Source: Atractiella rhizophila | Lineage: Eukaryota | Direction: 5' to 3' | Assembly (NCBI GenBank): GCA_021432655.1 | Contig: MU271337.1 | Coordinates: 62,001 to 87,134, forward strand | DNA length: 25,134 bases | Part shown: positions 19,696-25,134 of the stretch, piece by piece | Layout: every line of letters starts with the position of its first letter | Numbering within the stretch: the first letter of the stretch is position 1 | Notes under the pieces: generated by a model | The model's input: only the letters and a program-made list of their open reading frames with translations | The model's database searches: none | Told to the model about the DNA's origin: nothing | Translations under genes and position numbers: made by a program

Positions 19696-21778
19696 ATGGC
19701 AGATAAAATAGAAATCCCACCCCTGCTCCCATTGCTGTCCGCTTCCCCTGCGTTCCTCCCTCAACTACTCCCTCCGCTGCTCCATCTGCTCGCCCTCTCT
19801 CCCTCAGCGTCGCCTGCCCACCTCCGCCTGCTCCTACCGCACATCCGCCGTCTCCTCACATCCACACCAACGTCAACATCAGCATCAAAGTTGCCGTCGG
19901 ATGCTGCCACCGTGGATGTGCTGAGTGTGCTGATCGACTGTGCGTTTGTATATAGCGATAGGGTGGTGCGTGAACTGTTTGAGTTGGCGAAGGAGAAGGA
20001 CGTTGGGTTGGAAGGGAGGGTGGAGGACGAGTTGGTAGCAGAGCTGGTTGCGGCTATCGAGCAGCACATCTCTGTATCCTCTTCCGCTGGGATACACAGC
20101 GAGAACGACAAGTTCGAAGGAGAGATACAGAGCATCCTCAAACTGCTCTCTCTCTGCTCCACACCGAAATCATCATCCGCTCTTCTTCTTCCCCTCTCTT
20201 CCCTCTACGCCAATCTCTCCCTCTCCTCCCTAGAACTCTCCGCCTTGATCCATCTCAAACTCCGTCTCCTACACCACCTCCGCCTCCTCTTCCTCCGCAC
20301 CCCCATCTCCGTCCTCCAATCGACCATCCTCTCCATCCTCTCCCTTCCCACAGCCAAATCCAGCGTGCAGGGAAGGATAGCGCTCGTGAACGCTGGGCCA
20401 CTTGTCGACCTCGCTTATTACTATGAGGAGGAGATACTTTCCTTTTTGGAGAGAGAAGAGGGAGAGGGTGGGTGGATGCACGCTATGTTGCGCGACCTTT
20501 TGGATGCTGATCCTATATCGAACGGTCTCCTCCTTCTCCCTCCTGCCATCGGTATGAGCGTTGAAAAGAAGAGGAGAGCGGATAAAGGGAAAGGGAAAGC
20601 TAGAGCTGAAGAAAGCCTGGACTTGGATGGAACAAGAGGAGAGGAGGGGATAGAAAATAGGATCCGTTCTGTTCTAGCCGTGCTCCCCCATCTTTCTCCT
20701 GCACTCCTCCGCCGTCGACTTCTCGAGGAAGATGTGCGAGGGAAAAGCGTGGAAGAGATGGTGTCAGTTTTACTGGAGGAAGAGGAGGTAATGGGTATGT
20801 TGGAGGAAGAAAAGATGAGAGGTGATGCAGTAGATGAAAAGGTGGAGAGGGAAAAGAAGGGGCGAGAGGAGAATGGAGGACGTTTCGATTTTTCGATGTT
20901 TGGAGCTGGACAACGAGTGCCAGGGAAGAAAGGAGGCGCAAGGTCAGTCATTTTACATTTTACATTACTCTTATTTCACCACTTTAACCCTGTGGCGCAT
21001 TGTCTAATGTGTCGCACGATATATAGAACGAAAGAAGACCTCTTACAAGCTACATCTCACTTCCTCGATCCCGCTCTTAAAGCGTCAATAATAGCCGCTG
21101 CCGAAGCCGTCTCCGACGACGATGAGGAAGAGGAGGAGGAGGAGCGTAGAGGGAGAGGGAGGAAGGTGTACGATGACGACCTCGGGAGCGACGAGGAGTT
21201 TCCTTCCACTTTCTCCGTCCAAGGCCCAGGCGAATCTCTTTCGTCCTCCCCATCCGAAGACGAAGAGGACGACGACCCTGCATCTGGCGAAGGAGGAAAT
21301 GGAAAGGAAAGGGAAAGGGAGAGTAGATGGAGAGGCATCGAGCGCTTCCCTCGTACCCGACGTCGACCAACACCTCGAAAGCCTGTACCTGTCTAACCCC
21401 TCCCTCTTCAATCGAGACTCGCAAACGCGGCGGAGCAAGGAGCGTGCGGCCCTTAAACTCCGCACCGGCTTAGGGGACGAACAGATCGAAGGCTGGCGGA
21501 TTGTGTTGGAGCGCGATCCGGCGCGTCTGAGGAGGTTGAAGGAGAAGGAGGCGTTGGACGGTGGGCGGAGTGGGAGAGTGGAGGGGGAGAGGAAGGAGAA
21601 GGTTGCGGATGGGGAGGGGCAGAGTGCGAGAGGTGGAAGAGGGTCTGGGAGGGGGAGAGGGAGAGGTACGGGTGGGGAGAGAGGCAGAGGGAGGGGAAGG
21701 GGGGTAGGGAGAGGTGATGGCGGCCGAAGGGAGAGGGGGAGGGATAGGAAGTTGGCTAGGGTCGGAGGGGCTTCCTGA
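19696..21778 (+). CDS. CUE3: CUE-domain protein, Cue3/RQT3 (ASCC2-like); reading frame broken by +1 near 21290-21345
   Basis: CUE-like IRSVLAVLPHLSPALLRRRL...SVEEMVSVLLEE. In-frame intron 20943-21026, then LKASIIAAAEAVSDDDEEE. The conserved fungal Cue3-type block LYLSNPSLFNRDSQTRRSKERAALKLRTGLGDEQIEGWRIVLERDP and the RG-rich tail lie in the next (+1) frame, ending at 21778. Confidence 0.8.
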
Positions 21779-21981
21779 TTGTTCCACGAACGATATTTCG
21801 AATTTCGAATAGCAGAATGCTGGTGTGCACAGTTCACTCGAGGTTTGGGGTCAATGCCCATTTGGAACGCCAATTGGTGTTGCAAGCAATCTGAGAATCA
21901 GGTCATAATTGCATGTAGGAACTTGACCATTGAAATCTCCAGAAGAAATGGAGACCATCCTTGTTCCCTCCTTAACACACA

Positions 21982-24900
21982 TCACCTTTTGGACCACATC
22001 TCTCTGAAGACTCCACCTTCCTTAGATAACAAGTTAGCCGGCGCATCAAACTCCACCACTTGCCCCTCATCGAGAACAAGGATCTTGTCGCAGTCGATCA
22101 CCGTTTGCAGCTACACATGCTCGTGTGAGACAAGTAAGGAATGGAGCGAGGAGGAAGGAAACGTACACGGTGTGCAATGGAGAGCACGATGGATGAGGAG
22201 AAAGCCGTCTTGAGCGTTTCTTGAATCTTGATATCCGTCTCACGATCGACAGAAGACGTTGCCTGCATTCACACATTCATTTTGTCTCTCAGGTAGAATC
22301 TGAATGGGAAGAAAGCACCTCGTCAAGAATAACAATGCTTGAGGGTCGCAGTAAAGCTCTGGCCAGCGAAAGTAGCTGTCTCTGCCCAGCACTCAGGTTT
22401 CCTCCGTTCGTGGTGACGGCGTCGTCCAAGCTGGTAATGTACAGGCGCTTACTTTGCGATACGCCATCATCTTCCACCGTAGTTGCGAAAGAGTTAGATC
22501 CTGACGGGGTCGCTGAACCAGACTGAGGAGAGCGGGAGGATGGCGAGGCAAGCTCGACGCGCTGGAGCGCCGACCAACATTCTTCGTCACTTTGTTAGCC
22601 TATCAGCTCTCGAAAGGGAGTTATTATGATGAAGACACCTGTACGCGTTGAAAGGATCAATGTTCGTTCGGATGGTGCCGCTGAAGACCGCAGCTAGGAT
22701 AAATGGTGAACTGAACCATTTAAAACGAGGAAAATGGACGACAAACGATCCTGAGGAATCAATGTCTACATCCCAGTCAGTGAATGTCTACATTGAGACA
22801 GGGAGAAACCCACGATCTGATTTCGCAAATCGTGTGTGCCGATGGTCGTAACATCAATACCATCGATCCTTCCGAAGTCATGAGCTTGCTATCCCCGGAA
22901 GTAGGCATATACGAACAGGATTCTACCGCTTAGTGGTTCCATCCCTCTTAGCAATACGCTCGCCAGCGTGCTCTTCCCACTACCCGTTCGCCCCACCACC
23001 CCAATTTTCTCCTGGCCTTTGATGGTGAGGGATATCCCTTTCAAGACTTCGGGAGTGTCAATAGAATACGATACTCGAAGCTGTTCAATATCAATCCCTC
23101 CTCTGGAGGATGGCCACCAAGCTGGAGGACGGCACGCTTCAATTACTGTTGGAGGCTCGGATGGGATAGTTTGCAGTCTGTGATGGTCGAATGTAGGTCA
23201 GTTTGAAGATGGCATAATTGCAAGACTCTTACTCTTGAATTCTCTCAACAGCTAGGTGATGATTAAGATGTTAGCGTCAACATCTCAGCGCGTTGCATGA
23301 TGACAAGAGAATCTCACCATTAAAGTTGATCTCTAGATCTCCAAAACTCTTCATCATCGCTTCAGTTGAGGCGGCCAAACTGACAGCAGAAGTAATAACT
23401 GTGTCCACTCACTTGTCAGGCAGGCTTCACTTCCGAATGAATAGCAGCAAGACGGACCCATAGCTGCCAATCCAGGAGATACATCTCCATGAATAGCAAG
23501 GACCGTACCCAAGAAGACAGCTACTAGCCCAATCAGTTCGAATCGGATTTGAACCCATCTTTGCGCAGCCCTGCTCAAAGGGAATCAATATCAACTTAAT
23601 GGTACGAACCAACCTACCAAAGGCTATAATGCATAGCTAGATAAATATCGAGCTTTTCCTCGAGCTTTTTGATAAATTGTTTTTCGGCTCGGAATGCTCT
23701 GATGGTCGTTACACCTGCAAGAGTTTCCCCGAATTGCGAGATGATGGGACTTTTGTGGATGGACTCGAGCCGCTTGAGTTCCAGAGAAACAGAGAGATAT
23801 CGAGCTGAGATGGCTCTGAAGACAAAGAGCAGAAGACCGATAGGGATCATGAACCATGGCACAATGGCGACCACGACGATGATGTGGCGGATGTAGGCTA
23901 GAACTGTGACACTAAAGTGCTCTAGCATACTAACAAGTGTGGTATCCAAGATAGCTTCGTTTCCATTAGTACTTGCCACTGCTGAAAGAACACAAAACCT
24001 ACCAAAATCCCCCGAGAATCTGTTTAGGATCCTCCCTGCCGGAGTAGTATCATACCATCTCATTGTGCTTCGAATAAATTTGTTTAGAGCGCGTCTAAAC
24101 ATGCTTCTTGAAGCTCTCATTCCAAGGAAAGACAACGTGAGCTCTGCAGCGAAGTTGGAGAGGGCCACGAAGACCTAGACATATGTTCTCAACATATTAA
24201 GGATCAAGCACGCCAATGAATCGGCTCACCTCAATACTGAGGAGTATTAAAAGGTAAGGCTGGAACGGAGTCAGACATCAGTCAAGGGAAAAAGAGGCGC
24301 ATACGTTGACGTTCTCTCGCGGGTCGGGTAAACCCCAAGGAACACTGTTTTTCTCAGCAGTTTTGCTCTTCAATGGGCTAATGTGGCTCCAAGTTGCACT
24401 TTTGTCGATTGGACCGTACGCTTCGCCCCAAATCTTCAGAAAATATTGAACAGCCGTTTCTGGGTTCGTGTAAGCGAAATAGCATAGCAGAAGACGGTGT
24501 CACATTACCTGACCAAACCCTCGCTAACAAGCAGATGAGAACAATAAGCCACAGCCAGTATCCAGCTGACTGTATATCACGTCAGTACGGCGTCAGTTGC
24601 AATACGGCCACTTACTTTCACGTACGCATGATAGATAGGCCAAGCTACGGAGCCTTGAGCTTTCTTTTCTTGCGCTACCAATAATCCCGCCTTCTTCGCT
24701 ACAACATCAGGAGGTGTCGGCACCCAACCATTGGTGAAACCTTCATGAATGGCCATGTTGATGGATTCTTCTGTCTTCAAGACTTCTTGCAATTTTCCTT
24801 GTGCATCCCCGCCTCTCTTCATGTTCTCCACGTTTTCTTGAAGGATGATGCGTCCTTCAGACATGGTAACTAAGAACGCAGCGAGCGGGAGACACAGGTC

Positions 24901-25134
24901 TACGGCATGGGTGACCAGGATCTGTGTTTGCTGCTCAGTACCGTACAAAAGGAGAAAATAAGAACGAACAATAGTACGGCCGTTCATCAGCTGAGAATCG
25001 AACGACTTGACGATAGTAGAAGCAACATGTGTATCGACGGCGGAGATGGGATCGTCGCAAAGAAGGATTCGACTCCTCGAGTAGAAAGCACGCGCGAGAG
25101 ATACCCTAGCCTTTTGACCACCACTGAGTGATAT
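21982..25134 (-). CDS. ABC transporter, ABCC/MRP subfamily; 3' part (end of NBD1, TMD2, NBD2), 5' end beyond the window
   Basis: NBD1 signature [33 protein letters not shown] at the window end. TMD2 [19 protein letters not shown]...[33 protein letters not shown]2 Walker [85 protein letters not shown]. Probable stop at 21982-21984. Confidence 0.93.

Noticed and set aside
4146..25134. Detoxification or secondary-metabolite cluster (GNAT, GST, MFS, ABCC)
   Set aside because: The genes are interspersed with housekeeping genes (BRO1, CUE3), and there is no backbone synthase or pathway regulator in the window.

Overview
Eukaryotic, intron-rich genomic DNA of about 50% GC, most likely a basidiomycete fungus. 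This is inferred from ~50-90 nt GT-AG introns with CTRAC/CTGAT-type branch points, microexons and fungal gene families. The ORF track fragments most genes, so I spliced them by eye. Ten genes are supported: RNA Pol III subunit C82/RPC3 (-), head-to-head with Fe-S assembly ISA2 (+); a RimJ/RimL-type GNAT acetyltransferase (-); a signal-anchored SET-domain protein (-); a Tyr-type GST with a GC-AG intron (-); a secreted cupredoxin-like/DUF3455-like fusion with Kex2-type sites (+); BRO1 (+); a DHA1-type MFS transporter (+); a CUE3/ASCC2-like gene with an unexplained +1 frame break (+); and the 3' part of an ABCC transporter (-). No rRNA, tRNA, CRISPR or intact transposon was seen. The most notable items are three unusually long structured introns (281, 425, 325 nt), each with a candidate poison exon; the CUE3 frameshift; the cupredoxin-DUF3455 polyprotein; and a ~170 bp intergenic sequence present twice 7.5 kb apart. 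All family assignments come from motif recognition, not database searches.
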